Shown: positions 9,339 to 19,500 of the stretch, in pieces
Layout of the letters: the number at the start of each line of letters is the position of its first letter
How positions within the stretch are numbered: the stretch's first letter is position 1
DNA from: Paracoccaceae bacterium
GTDB lineage: Bacteria; Pseudomonadota; Alphaproteobacteria; Rhodobacterales; Rhodobacteraceae
Length of the DNA stretch: 64,000 bases
Reading direction: 5' to 3'
NCBI GenBank assembly: GCA_047623825.1
Contig: JBLHOS010000002.1
Span: 39,776 to 103,775 of the forward strand
Program-made: the position numbers and the translations under genes
Notes under the pieces: generated by a model
The model's input: the letters and a program-made list of their open reading frames with translations, nothing else
Databases searched by the model: none
Told to the model about the DNA's origin: nothing

Positions 9339-10834
9339 TACACACTTCCTAGAATAATTAACTGTAAAGCAGCTCGTCGTGCGATATCTTCTAGCCCCGC
9401 CATCCTGAACAGTCGCAGTGCATCTTCAAGGTCGTCGGCATCTGAATTATCTTTGCTCAGTTGACGAGATGCCAGAAGAAGTGCCTCTCCCAACCTGCCA
9501 CGGTCCAGCAACCAGCTATAACGTGACGGTATATCCGTGCCAGAAAATGCACTGGAAATCGCCATTAAAGTTGCAGTTTGCCGCGGTGGTTGGGCAGGTT
9601 GGCCGCGTGCGATCGCAAATAGAAATGCCTCATTGGGACTTTGTGGAACGGCGCGTTGGGCGACCAGTTCATAGCGCGGCGACAGCAATCCAATTCGCCG
9701 GGCCAACATTGCGGCATCTGTCGTCAAGGGTAAGCGCAGCAGACGTTCAGCATAAACCGTTGCAAACGGTACTTCGAGGCCGGCGGCGCGCATCGCACCC
9801 CAAGCGTGGGGCAGGGCGGCAGTCACTGCTGAGATTTCTCCGGCCAGCAGCGCTTCATCAAAGCGCTGCAACGCGGCTACGCGGTCCCAAACACCACCTG
9901 ATGCCGCTGGTACCCGGTCGGTGTAGATGTCCAACCAAACAGATGGCGGAATGGCCCCGCTGCGCAACAACCGCTCTGACGCATCCAATTGCGCGCGCCA
10001 TCCAGCCACATCCGACAGATCCGAATGGGCAAACGCCAATGGCAGACCCGAGGAGGGAGGACGCTCACCCAACGCCACCCGCAGTTGGTAGCGCAAAGGT
10101 GTCGCGTTGGTCTCGGGCGGCAAGGGGCCGTCGTCTTCAAACAAATCTGGATCAAGAAAGCGCGCGATCAGCTCTGCGTCATCCTCAGCAATAAAGCCGA
10201 GCGCCGCACCAGTTCCCAGCGACAGGGCCGCGGCTGACCAATCACCAGTTCGTGCCAAACAGAAAATCCGGGCAGTAAACGTGGGCGCAATATCGGGATT
10301 TGCCCGCATGGTTGCGCACGCCCGACGTTCGTCTCCACTCAGCAGGCTGACATCGAACCACCGGCGAAATATCTGGGGGGAGCTGGGACCGGCCCGCTCC
10401 ATCAGTGCGCGCGCAGGTTCTAGTGCGCCGCGCGCCAGCAAAAGGTCCAGACGCGCCAGAAATAATCCTGCCTCGGTCCCCGCGTTAAGTGGTGGGTCAA
10501 GTTCAGCAAGTGCCAGTTGTTGGGTAAAGGCAAGAATAGCAGGCAGTCCTTCATAGGGCTGCGCGCGCATCAGATTGGCAAGCGTCTCAACGGAACTGTC
10601 CCCCCACAAATTGGCAGGCAAACCCGTAACACTGGCAGGCAAAATACCGACAGCATCCAAACTCACTGCACCAATTGGCATGACAGTAATTTGGGTGGGC
10701 GAGGCGGATTGGACCACATTCGCATGCGGTCGGGTGATGCTTTCCGATAGCCAGTCGGGAGCGTCAAAAACTGGTTCTTGCGCAAAACTGGATGTTGCAA
10801 AGAACAGTGACAAGAAGAACGATTTAATCGACAT
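9338..10834 (-). CDS. Exported protein of unknown function (signal peptide, Ala/Leu-rich helical repeats)
   Basis: Long ORF with the signal peptide MSIKSFFLSLFFATSSFAQEP. Its stop shares one nucleotide (9338) with the xerD start codon. The ORF-track start at 10843 is a TTG; the first ATG is at 10834. Confidence 0.65.
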   Translation of the reverse strand: MSIKSFFLSLFFATSSFAQEPVFDAPDWLSESITRPHANVVQSASPTQITVMPIGAVSLDAVGILPASVTGLPANLWGDSSVETLANLMRAQPYEGLPAILAFTQQLALAELDPPLNAGTEAGLFLARLDLLLARGALEPARALMERAGPSSPQIFRRWFDVSLLSGDERRACATMRANPDIAPTFTARIFCLARTGDWSAAALSLGTGAALGFIAEDDAELIARFLDPDLFEDDGPLPPETNATPLRYQLRVALGERPPSSGLPLAFAHSDLSDVAGWRAQLDASERLLRSGAIPPSVWLDIYTDRVPAASGGVWDRVAALQRFDEALLAGEISAVTAALPHAWGAMRAAGLEVPFATVYAERLLRLPLTTDAAMLARRIGLLSPRYELVAQRAVPQSPNEAFLFAIARGQPAQPPRQTATLMAISSAFSGTDIPSRYSWLLDRGRLGEALLLASRQLSKDNSDADDLEDALRLFRMAGLEDIARRAALQLIILGSV

Positions 10835-11059
10835 CCAAAACAACTGGTAAACTAATCTGACTCGTCTCGGGCTTCAAAAACCCTGAATAGGAGTACCCCA
10901 CAAGTCCGATTATCCCTAAAATAATCAATAGAATCAATAATCTAAGTAATCTCCGCATCATATGTCCTGCCTGAACGCGCAGCGTTTGCCGCTGCATTGG
11001 TTTCCATATAAGTCATGGTGAGTGGAATTACGCCACCTTGCAGGGAAAGATTCTTAGCT

Positions 11060-11623
11060 ATGGGCGAAACCATGCCAATCCAATCACTTGATCTGCAAAA
11101 GACAATTGTCTTTGTGGGTATGATGGGTTCCGGCAAAACCGCCATTGGCAAAGCGTTGGCCGCCAAACTGCAGGTTCCGTTCCGCGATTCTGATGCGGTG
11201 ATTGAGGACGCGTCCTGCCTAAGCATCGCAGAAATATTTGAGCGCTACGGTGAGCCGTTTTTTCGCGATAAGGAAAGCAGGGTCATCTTGCGCCTGCTGG
11301 AACACCCCCCTTGCATCCTGTCAACGGGGGGCGGCGCATGGCTGTCGCCAGAAAACCGGGCAGCAATCGATAAGATTGCCGTTTCGGTCTGGCTAAAGGC
11401 AGATGTTGATCTGCTGTGGTCACGGGTGCGCCATAAGACGACCCGTCCCTTGCTGCGCACCGCCAATCCGCGCGCAACCCTGGCTGAGATTTCTGCGGCC
11501 CGAACCCCTGCATATGAGACGGCACAGGTGCAGATTGAGACGCAGCCTAATTGGAGCATTGAGGACACGACAAATGCGGTTCTTCACGCCCTGATTGCCA
11601 CCCAAATTGTGAAAGTCACCTGA
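11060..11623 (+). CDS. aroK: Shikimate kinase
   Basis: Walker A VGMMGSGKTAIGKALA and ...DSD..IE... motifs. AGGGAAAG lies about 10 nt upstream of ATG 11060; the ORF-track start is 11015. Confidence 0.85.
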   Translation: MGETMPIQSLDLQKTIVFVGMMGSGKTAIGKALAAKLQVPFRDSDAVIEDASCLSIAEIFERYGEPFFRDKESRVILRLLEHPPCILSTGGGAWLSPENRAAIDKIAVSVWLKADVDLLWSRVRHKTTRPLLRTANPRATLAEISAARTPAYETAQVQIETQPNWSIEDTTNAVLHALIATQIVKVT

Positions 11624-12744
11624 TGAGCCTGACCCAAACCGTTCACGTGCCTTTGGGCGACCGCGCCTATGATGTGCGCATTGGCGCCGGGATATTACAC
11701 GATGTTGCGACCCATATGGCACCGTTCCTGCAGCAACCACGCTGTTTTATTATAACTGAGGAACGGGTCGCGGGGCTGCATCTGGCGACATTGACCAAGG
11801 CGCTGGCGGCCGGTGGCATCACAACACAGGCGCTGATCTTGCCTCCGGGTGAGGCGACAAAAGGCTGGCCTGAATTTACCCGAACTGTTGAGTGGTTGCT
11901 GGAGCAGCGCGTAGAGCGGCGCGATATCGTCGTGGCGTTTGGTGGCGGTGTGATTGGCGATCTGGTCGGTTTTGCGGCAGCCGTGTTGCGCCGTGGTGTG
12001 CGGTTCGTACAGATCCCGACAACCCTTCTGGCGCAGGTCGACAGCTCGGTGGGTGGTAAGACCGGTATCAATTCTGTCTGTGGCAAGAACCTGATTGGCG
12101 CGTTCCACCAACCTGTGCTGGTCTTGGCTGACATCGATCTGCTTGGTACATTGCAGCCGCGCGACTTTTTGGCGGGTTATGGTGAGGTCGCCAAATATGG
12201 GCTGTTGGGCGACAGTGCGTTTTTTGATTGGTTGGAGCAAAATGCACCAGCATTGGCCGCCGGTGACACGTCCTTGCGGGCCGAGGCGGTGCGCCATTCG
12301 GTGCAGATGAAGGCCGATATTGTCGTGCGCGATGAAACCGAAATGGGTGACCGCGCACTTTTGAACCTTGGGCATACATTTGGTCATGCTCTAGAGGCCG
12401 CAACCGGCTATTCAGACCGATTGTTGCACGGCGAAGGAGTTGCGATCGGGTGTGCCCTAGCGTTTGAGGTGTCAGCCCGATTGGGCCTGTGCAGTCAAGA
12501 AGATCCAAGCCGGGTTCGCGCCCACCTAAGCGACATGAACATGATGGGTGATCTGACTGATATCAAAGGAGATTTGCCAAACGTTGATGCACTGATTGAC
12601 CTGATGGGGCAGGACAAAAAGGTGCTTGATGGCCAGTTGCGGTTTATCCTCGCACGTGGAATTGGCCAAGCGTTTGTCACCGCAGACGTCCCAATTGAGA
12701 CGGTTCATTTGGTTTTGTCCGACGCGCTTGCGCAGCGCCGCTAG
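11623..12744 (+). CDS. aroB: 3-dehydroquinate synthase
   Basis: 373 aa with GGGVIGDLVGFAAA, TTLLAQVDSSVGGKTGIN and GHTFGHALE motifs. The start overlaps the aroK stop (TGATG). Confidence 0.9.
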   Translation: MSLTQTVHVPLGDRAYDVRIGAGILHDVATHMAPFLQQPRCFIITEERVAGLHLATLTKALAAGGITTQALILPPGEATKGWPEFTRTVEWLLEQRVERRDIVVAFGGGVIGDLVGFAAAVLRRGVRFVQIPTTLLAQVDSSVGGKTGINSVCGKNLIGAFHQPVLVLADIDLLGTLQPRDFLAGYGEVAKYGLLGDSAFFDWLEQNAPALAAGDTSLRAEAVRHSVQMKADIVVRDETEMGDRALLNLGHTFGHALEAATGYSDRLLHGEGVAIGCALAFEVSARLGLCSQEDPSRVRAHLSDMNMMGDLTDIKGDLPNVDALIDLMGQDKKVLDGQLRFILARGIGQAFVTADVPIETVHLVLSDALAQRR

Positions 12745-12756
12745 ATCATTGGAATT

Positions 12757-13263
12757 TCAGTCTGAGCCGCGATATGGTTCTACATATTGCAGGGCCATAT
12801 CCCAAGGAAAGAAGATCCATGTGTCCTGACTGACGCCGGTGATGAAGGTGTCAACCATCGGCTCACCTTTGGGCTTTGCATAAACCGTGGCGAAATGCGC
12901 GTTTGGGTACATCGCCCGCACAACCTCCAGGGTTTTGCCAGTATCAACCAAATCGTCGATCACCAAGACACCAGTTCCGTCACCCATCATCTCGTGTGGG
13001 GGCTGGGTCAAAATCACAGGTTCGCTTTGGGATTGATGGTCGTAGGATCTGATTGAGATCGTGGTGACCTGACGGATATCCAGTTCGCGCGCGACAATCA
13101 TAGCGGGCGCCATGCCACCACGGGTGATTGCCACGATAGCATTCCAGCTACCGTCCTTGCCGGGGCCGCGTTTATCCAGCCGCCAAGCAAGTGCGCGGCT
13201 GTCGCGGTGGATCTGATCCCAACTGATGTGAAAGCCTTTTTCGTGGGGAAGGGGCGTGACCAT
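12757..13263 (-). CDS. gpt: Xanthine-guanine phosphoribosyltransferase
   Basis: 168 aa. Has [17 protein letters not shown], the PRPP-binding loop [13 protein letters not shown], and the C-terminal WIFFPWD typical of Gpt. Confidence 0.85.
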   Translation of the reverse strand: MVTPLPHEKGFHISWDQIHRDSRALAWRLDKRGPGKDGSWNAIVAITRGGMAPAMIVARELDIRQVTTISIRSYDHQSQSEPVILTQPPHEMMGDGTGVLVIDDLVDTGKTLEVVRAMYPNAHFATVYAKPKGEPMVDTFITGVSQDTWIFFPWDMALQYVEPYRGSD

Positions 13264-13266
13264 GAA

Positions 13267-14079
13267 TTAGCCGTCCTTCTTTTCGAGAGTCATGTCCGGC
13301 GATTCTGGGTTCTTCATGCCAATAACATGATAGCCCGCGTCGACATGATGGATCTCGCCGGTTACAGCACTGGACATATCAGACAAAAGATAGAGCGCGG
13401 ATTGCCCAACCTCATCTTGCGATACCGTCCGGCGCAGCGGGCTGTTGTTCTCATTCCACTTCAAGATATAGCGGAAATCACCGATACCAGAGGCTGCGAG
13501 CGTCTTGATGGTCCCGGCTGAGATCGCATTGACCCGGATACCGTCGCGCCCAAGATCTTCGGCCATATATCGAACACTGGCCTCAAGTGCGGCCTTGGCG
13601 ACACCCATAACATTATAATGCGGCATGACCTTTTCGGCGCCGTAATAAGTTAACGTCAGCAAGCTGCCGCCTTTGTGCATCATCTTTTCGGCCCGCTGAC
13701 AGATCGCAGTGAAGGAATAAACTGAGATATTCATCGACATCGCGAAATTGTCCAACGAGGTATCGATGTAGCGGCCGCGAAGCTCATTCTTGTCCGAAAA
13801 TCCGATTGCGTGAACCACAAAATCTAAGTTGTCCCATGCCTCACCAAGGCTTTCGAACAACGCGTCCATGCTGGCCGGATCGCCGACGTCGCAAGGTAGC
13901 ACAAGTGTGCTGCCAACTTGGCCAGCCAACGGAATAACACGCTTTTTGAGTTGATCGCCTTGGTAGGAGAAGGCAAGTTCGGCCCCCTCTGCAGCGCATG
14001 CTTTTGCGATGCCCCAAGCGATTGATTTGTCGTTGGCGAGCCCCATAATCAGGCCGCGTTTTCCTGTCATCAACCCCAT
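13267..14079 (-). CDS. fabI: Enoyl-[acyl-carrier-protein] reductase (NADH), FabI
   Basis: MGLMTGKRGLIMGLANDKSIAWGIAK... with SDR Y/K region MGVAKAALEASVRYMA. AGGAA lies 7 nt upstream of the ATG at 14079; the ORF-track start is 14106. Confidence 0.88.
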   Translation of the reverse strand: MGLMTGKRGLIMGLANDKSIAWGIAKACAAEGAELAFSYQGDQLKKRVIPLAGQVGSTLVLPCDVGDPASMDALFESLGEAWDNLDFVVHAIGFSDKNELRGRYIDTSLDNFAMSMNISVYSFTAICQRAEKMMHKGGSLLTLTYYGAEKVMPHYNVMGVAKAALEASVRYMAEDLGRDGIRVNAISAGTIKTLAASGIGDFRYILKWNENNSPLRRTVSQDEVGQSALYLLSDMSSAVTGEIHHVDAGYHVIGMKNPESPDMTLEKKDG

Positions 14080-14220
14080 AGATGTTCCTGCACAAATTGT
14101 TTTCATTGCTTATGACTCGGTTTAGGCCAAGCGGGGGGGACGATCAAGCGCTGGTCGATGCTCTTGTTCCAACATAGAAGACAACCACGTGTACTTAGAA
14201 ACCATTTACCCGAGGCGATG

Positions 14221-14826
14221 ATGACTGACCGTACCGGAATTTTTGCAGGCAATGACCCGTTTGAGCTGGCGCAACAGTGGTTGGCTGAGGCTGCTCGCAC
14301 CGAGCCTGAGGACGCAAACGCGATTGCTTTGGCCAGCGTTGACGCCTTGGGCATGCCAAATGTCCGGATGGTTCTGCTAAAAGAAATTGAAGCGGATGCG
14401 TTTGTTTTTTATACCAATTACGACAGCGCCAAGGGTCAAGAAATCCTTGCCTCGGGCAAAGCAGCGTTTGTGATGCATTGGAAATCTCTGCGCCGTCAAA
14501 TCCGCGTGCGTGGTGTCGTTGAGCGTGAAGACGGCCCGATAGCCGACGCCTATTACAATTCCCGGTCTCTCGAAAGTCGTCTTGGGGCCTGGGCGTCAGC
14601 ACAGTCACGCCCGTTGGACAGCCGCGGTTCATTAATCGCTGAGGTGGCCAAGGCCACAGCCCAGCAAGGTCTGCTGCCATCCCGTCCGCCGTTTTGGGGA
14701 GGGATCCGGATCCGCCCCGAGGAAATCGAATTCTGGGCTGATGGGGCTTTCAGGCTTCATGATAGGTTTCAATGGCGTCGTTCGAACCTGACAGGCCCTT
14801 GGGACATTTCCCGTCTAAATCCTTAG
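14221..14826 (+). CDS. pdxH: Pyridoxamine 5'-phosphate oxidase
   Basis: [13 protein letters not shown]..., [31 protein letters not shown] and RLHDRFQW motifs. The GAGG SD is placed for ATG 14221; 14218 is also possible. Confidence 0.88.
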   Translation: MTDRTGIFAGNDPFELAQQWLAEAARTEPEDANAIALASVDALGMPNVRMVLLKEIEADAFVFYTNYDSAKGQEILASGKAAFVMHWKSLRRQIRVRGVVEREDGPIADAYYNSRSLESRLGAWASAQSRPLDSRGSLIAEVAKATAQQGLLPSRPPFWGGIRIRPEEIEFWADGAFRLHDRFQWRRSNLTGPWDISRLNP

Positions 14827-14975
14827 GTTCAGTAGTTTATTCCTATAAAAGAGATTATTTTACATATTTGTGATGCACAAAACGTTACTGTGCTGTTGTT
14901 AAACGTAAATAACTTCTTGCGCGGACAAGAAAAAAAACATTCTTGTTCTAAAGAGCGTTTTAGAAATGAGAATTA

Positions 14976-15503
14976 ATGCTAATGGACAGCCACGGTATTA
15001 AGCTTGAATCCTCTGTCATGGGGACAGTTAAGTGGTTCGATGTCAGCAAGGGGTTTGGTTTCATCGTTTCTGATTCTGGTGGGCCCGATATTTTGCTACA
15101 TGCAAATGTCCTGCGCAATTTCGGCCAAGGCTCAGTTTCAGAAAACTCCCGGATCGAAGTTATAGTACAAGAGACCGCACGCGGCGTTCAGGCTCAGGCG
15201 GTCTTGGCAATTGATCCGCCTGCCTACGGCGAGGGCGATTTCGAGATGGATATGGAAGGCTGTAGCGAGCCGACCGGCCCTCACTTGGCAGCGCGCGTAA
15301 AATGGTTCGACAAGGCAAAAGGCTTTGGCTTTGCCAATGTATTCGGGCATCCAGAAGATGTGTTTGTCCATGTTGAAGTGCTGCGCCGATTTGGGTTGGC
15401 TGATCTGCAGGCTGGGGAGGCTATTTGCATTCGCATAAGCGAAGGACCTCGTGGTCAGATGGCCGCCGAAATTCGCAGCTGGGATTTTGTCGAGGAGGTC
15501 TAA
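14976..15503 (+). CDS. Cold-shock-domain protein with two tandem CSDs
   Basis: Two copies of the CSD signature: GTVKWFDVSKGFGFIVSD and ARVKWFDKAKGFGFANVF. An AT-rich 150-nt leader precedes the gene. The start is uncertain (14976 or 15018). Confidence 0.8.
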   Translation: MLMDSHGIKLESSVMGTVKWFDVSKGFGFIVSDSGGPDILLHANVLRNFGQGSVSENSRIEVIVQETARGVQAQAVLAIDPPAYGEGDFEMDMEGCSEPTGPHLAARVKWFDKAKGFGFANVFGHPEDVFVHVEVLRRFGLADLQAGEAICIRISEGPRGQMAAEIRSWDFVEEV

Positions 15504-15967
15504 TGTTAGTATTTCGTGTTGCCGTTGTTTGGGTGGCTCTGTGCTCTGCGGCGATTGCCAGCTGCACAGAGGGCCGCGTTGAGCTGCGTGGTGAATGGGG
15601 CCAAGCCCGATTCAATGTGGAGATCGCGGATACCGCGGCAGAACGGTCCCTAGGGCTGATGAATCGCGAAAATATGGCCAGTGCTGCTGGCATGTTGTTT
15701 TTGTACGAAAACCCCCAAACCGTTAATTTCTGGATGCAAAACACGCTGATCGCGTTGGACATGATCTTTGTTGATGAGGCCGGCGTTGTAAGGCGCATCC
15801 ATGAAAATGCGATTCCCCTTGATCGTACAGCAATCCCCGGAGGCCCGGATATACTGGCGGTCCTGGAAATTAATGGCGGAATGTCCGCACTTTTGGGAAT
15901 TGATGTGGGGACAACCCTGCGTCATCCCGGCTTACCACAGGGCCTTGCGGCCTGGCCGTGTGAATAA
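15503..15967 (+). CDS. DUF192 (COG1430) family exported protein
   Basis: Signal peptide MLVFRVAVVWVALCSAAIASC, then ERSLGLMNRENM..GMLFLY...FWMQNTLIALDMIFVD, which is characteristic of DUF192. ATG 15503 overlaps the CSD gene stop (TAATG). Confidence 0.75.
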   Translation: MLVFRVAVVWVALCSAAIASCTEGRVELRGEWGQARFNVEIADTAAERSLGLMNRENMASAAGMLFLYENPQTVNFWMQNTLIALDMIFVDEAGVVRRIHENAIPLDRTAIPGGPDILAVLEINGGMSALLGIDVGTTLRHPGLPQGLAAWPCE

Positions 15968-16018
15968 GTTGAAATCAGGCCTTTTCAACGGCGCATAGTC
16001 GCGGTAACAGAACGTCGT

Positions 16019-16095
16019 CGGGGCGTAGCGCAGCCTGGTAGCGCATCTGTTTTGGGAACAGAGGGTCGGGAGTTCGAATCTCTCCGCCCCGACCA
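16019..16095 (+). tRNA. tRNA-Pro (anticodon UGG)
   Basis: CGGGGCG-TA-GCGCAGCCTGGTAGCGC-A-TCTGT-TTTGGGA-ACAGA-...-TTCGAATC-...-CGCCCCG-ACCA. The cloverleaf folds by eye, the 7-nt anticodon loop TT-TGG-GA gives UGG, and CCA is encoded. Confidence 0.9.
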
Positions 16096-16390
16096 CATCA
16101 CACAATATGTCGTTGTTTTGTCACGGGTTCGTGGCGGCGCAACGCGTTAACGAATAGTCGGATTTTTGCGCAGAGTTTTGTGCAGGGCTGTGAACAAGTT
16201 TGGCTAAGCATCCACGTTGTAACAGATTTTTGAAGTTGCAGCTTGTGGGCCAGCTTAGGGGTGAATCACATTGACCAAGGGCGAATTGCCCGTAACGGCT
16301 TTTGCAACAAAAATATCGTCTACGAATATCTAAAAAACCCGTTGACCGCATAGGTGGAAATACGTCAGTTTGTGTTCATCGGGTTAACTG

Positions 16391-16406
16391 CCACTAGATA
16401 TAGTGG
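16391..16406. promoter_or_regulatory. Candidate NrdR box upstream of nrdJ
   Basis: CCACTAGATATAGTGG is a 14/16 palindrome. It resembles the NrdR consensus acaCwAtATaTwGtgt and lies 164 nt upstream of the nrdJ start. I could find only one box. Confidence 0.4.
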
Positions 16407-16569
16407 GCGCGGCCTACCACGGGACAAATTGAGATACTCTGTAACATTCCGCGCAAACGTATCGTGTTTGCGGCGAAATGGGCGGGGCTCTCGCATTCTC
16501 GGATGCATGATGCGGCAAGAGCGGGAACACGCTGGCACGCCGTTTCGAAAACAAATTTAAGAGGCAGCT

Positions 16570-19500
16570 ATGAAAATCGAACGCCGTTTCACTACAGAAA
16601 GCTCCGGTGCCTACGGAGATTTGGAATTTACTCTGACATCGTCGGAGATTCGTAACCCTGACGGTACAACCGTGTTCAAACTGGACAACGTTGAAGTGCC
16701 CGTTGGTTGGAGCCAGGTGGCCTCTGATGTGATTGCGCAGAAATATTTTCGCAAAGCTGGTGTTCCCGCAGCGCTTAAACCTCTCAAAGAAAAAGGCATC
16801 CCGTCCTTTTTGTGGCGTCAGGTCCCTGATGAGGATGTTTTGGCGAAATTGCCGGAACATGAGCGCTTTGGTGGCGAGACTTCGGCAAAACAGGTTTTCC
16901 GCCGTCTCGCAGGGGCTTGGGCCTATTGGGGCTGGAAAGGTGGCTATTTCACAGATGAGTCGGACGCCAAGACTTATTTTGAGGAAATGCAGTTGATGTT
17001 GGCGCGCCAGATGGCAGCGCCGAACAGCCCGCAATGGTTCAACACAGGCCTTCATTGGGCCTACGGCATCGATGGCCCGGCGCAGGGTCATTATTATGTC
17101 GACCACAAGTCCGGCAAGCTAACTAAATCGACCAGCTCCTATGAGCACCCACAACCCCACGCCTGCTTCATCCAGTCCGTCAGCGATGATCTGGTGAATG
17201 AGGGCGGTATCATGGATCTGTGGGTCCGTGAGGCACGTCTGTTCAAGTATGGTTCCGGCACAGGGACAAACTTCTCTTCGCTGCGAGGTGCGGGCGAGGC
17301 GCTGTCAGGCGGCGGGCGCTCTTCGGGTCTGATGGGGTTTTTGAAAATCGGTGACCGCGCAGCAGGCGCCATCAAATCTGGTGGCACAACTCGGCGGGCG
17401 GCCAAGATGGTCATCATCGATGCTGATCATCCCGATATCGAAGAGTTCATTAACTGGAAAGTCATCGAGGAGCAAAAGGTTGCCAGCATTGTTGCGGGCT
17501 CCAAGATGCACGAAGCCCGGTTGAATGAGATCTTTGCGGCAATCGCCGCATGGGATGGATTGTTAGAAGATGCAGTTGATCCAACCAAGAACGAAAGTTT
17601 GAAAAGTGCAATTCGCGCGGCCAAAAAAGTTTGCATTCCAGAGACATATGTCAAACGCGTGTTGGATTATGCAAAGCAGGGTCACACGTCTATAGAATTT
17701 CCGACCTATGATACGGACTGGGATAGCGAAGCGTATAGCTCAGTTTCGGGCCAAAACTCGAACAACTCGATCCGGGTCACAGACGCATTCTTGGACGCGG
17801 TTGAAAAAGATCTAGACTGGGAACTGATAAATCGGACAACGGGTACAGCGGCCAAAACGATGAAGGCGCGCGATCTGTGGGAACAGGTAGGCCACGCAGC
17901 ATGGGCCTGTGCCGACCCAGGCATCCAATATCACGACACGATTAATGCATGGCATACTTGTCCTGAAGATGGCGCGATCCGTGGATCAAACCCATGCTCC
18001 GAATACATGTTCCTTGATAATACGGCCTGTAATTTGGCCTCAATGAACCTGCTTACACTCTATCATGACGGCGTGTTCGACTCTGAGGGTTATATCCATG
18101 CGACCCGCCTTTGGACGCTGACACTGGAAATCTCAGTGATGATGGCGCAGTTCCCATCCAAGGAAATTGCGCAGCGCAGCTATGATTTCCGGACTTTGGG
18201 CCTTGGCTACGCAAACATTGGCGGTTTGCTGATGAATATGGGCTACGGCTATGACAGCCCCGAAGGTCGTGCAATGTGTGGCGCCCTGACGGCGCTGATG
18301 TCGGGTGTGTCTTATGCGACGTCTGCTGAAATTGCCGGTGAATTGGGTGCGTTTAACGGGTTTGAGCGCAACCGGGAGCATATGTTGCGTGTGATCCGCA
18401 ACCACCGCAACGCAGCCTACGGCAAAACCAATGGTTACGAGGGGTTGGCGATTGCGCCGGTTCCGCTTGATCATGGCAATTGCCCCGACCAAACGCTGGT
18501 ATCTTTGGCCAAACAAGCCTGGGATGAGGCGCTGAGCCTTGGGGAGAAAAACGGGTATCGTAATGCTCAGACGTCAGTCATTGCGCCCACAGGCACAATT
18601 GGCTTGGTGATGGATTGCGACACAACCGGGATTGAACCTGATTTTGCCTTGGTGAAATTCAAGAAGCTGGCCGGTGGCGGTTATTTCAAGATCATCAACC
18701 AGTCGGTGCCAGGTTCACTAGAAATGCTGGGCTATTCATCGTCGCAAATCGAAGAGATCGTTGCCTACGCAGTTGGTCATGGCACCATAGGAAATGCACC
18801 TGGGATCAACCACACATCGCTGATTGGTCATGGATTTGGCCCGGCAGAGTTGGAAAAGATTGAGGCTGCGTTGCCGTCAGCCTTTGATATCCGCTTTGTC
18901 TTTAACCAATGGACCATTGGTGACGAGTTCTGCACCAAGACATTGGGTATTCCCGCCGCCAAGCTGAACGACCCAACCTTTGACTTGTTGCGCCATTTGG
19001 GCTTTAGCAAAGGCGATATTGAGGCTGCCAACAACCACGTCTGTGGAACGATGACGCTGGAAGGCGCGCCGTTCCTGAAGGAAAAGCACCTCAGCATCTT
19101 TGATTGTGCCAACCCATGCGGAAAAACCGGTAAGCGGTTCTTGAGCGTCGACAGCCATATCTACATGATGGCTGCTGCACAGAGCTTTATTTCGGGTGCG
19201 ATTTCCAAAACGATCAATATGCCGAACAATGCGACGATTGAGGACTGCAAGAAGGCCTATGAGCTGAGCTGGTCCTTGGGTGTGAAGGCAAACGCACTTT
19301 ACCGTGACGGATCGAAACTGTCTCAACCGCTGGCAGCAGCCTTGGTTGAGGATGACGACGAAGCACAAGAGACATTGGAAAGTGGCACACCGATAGCAAA
19401 GGCCTATGTGCTCGCCGAAAAGATCATCGAGAAGGTCATCGTCAAAGAGATCATCCGCTCGCACCGCGAGAAGATGCCGCAGCGGCGCAAGGGTTACACC

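Noticed and set aside
16019-16095. tRNA-Pro as the attachment site of an integrated element
   Set aside because: No integrase, no direct repeat of the tRNA 3' end and no foreign-looking genes follow. The next gene is core nrdJ.
16096-16569. Cobalamin riboswitch in the long nrdJ leader (a GCCACT core-like hexamer at about 16390)
   Set aside because: The hexamer is part of the NrdR-like palindrome and no other B12-element features are visible. B12 riboswitches typically control B12-independent reductases or transporters, not the B12-dependent NrdJ.
16414-17106. 230-aa minus-strand ORF overlapping the nrdJ start
   Set aside because: It is antisense to a confidently identified gene, has no recognisable motifs, and has a Cys/Arg-rich composition typical of shadow ORFs in GC-rich DNA. 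The same reasoning applies to 11695-12387, 18877-19524, 9418-10194, 40727-41251 and the many similar track entries.
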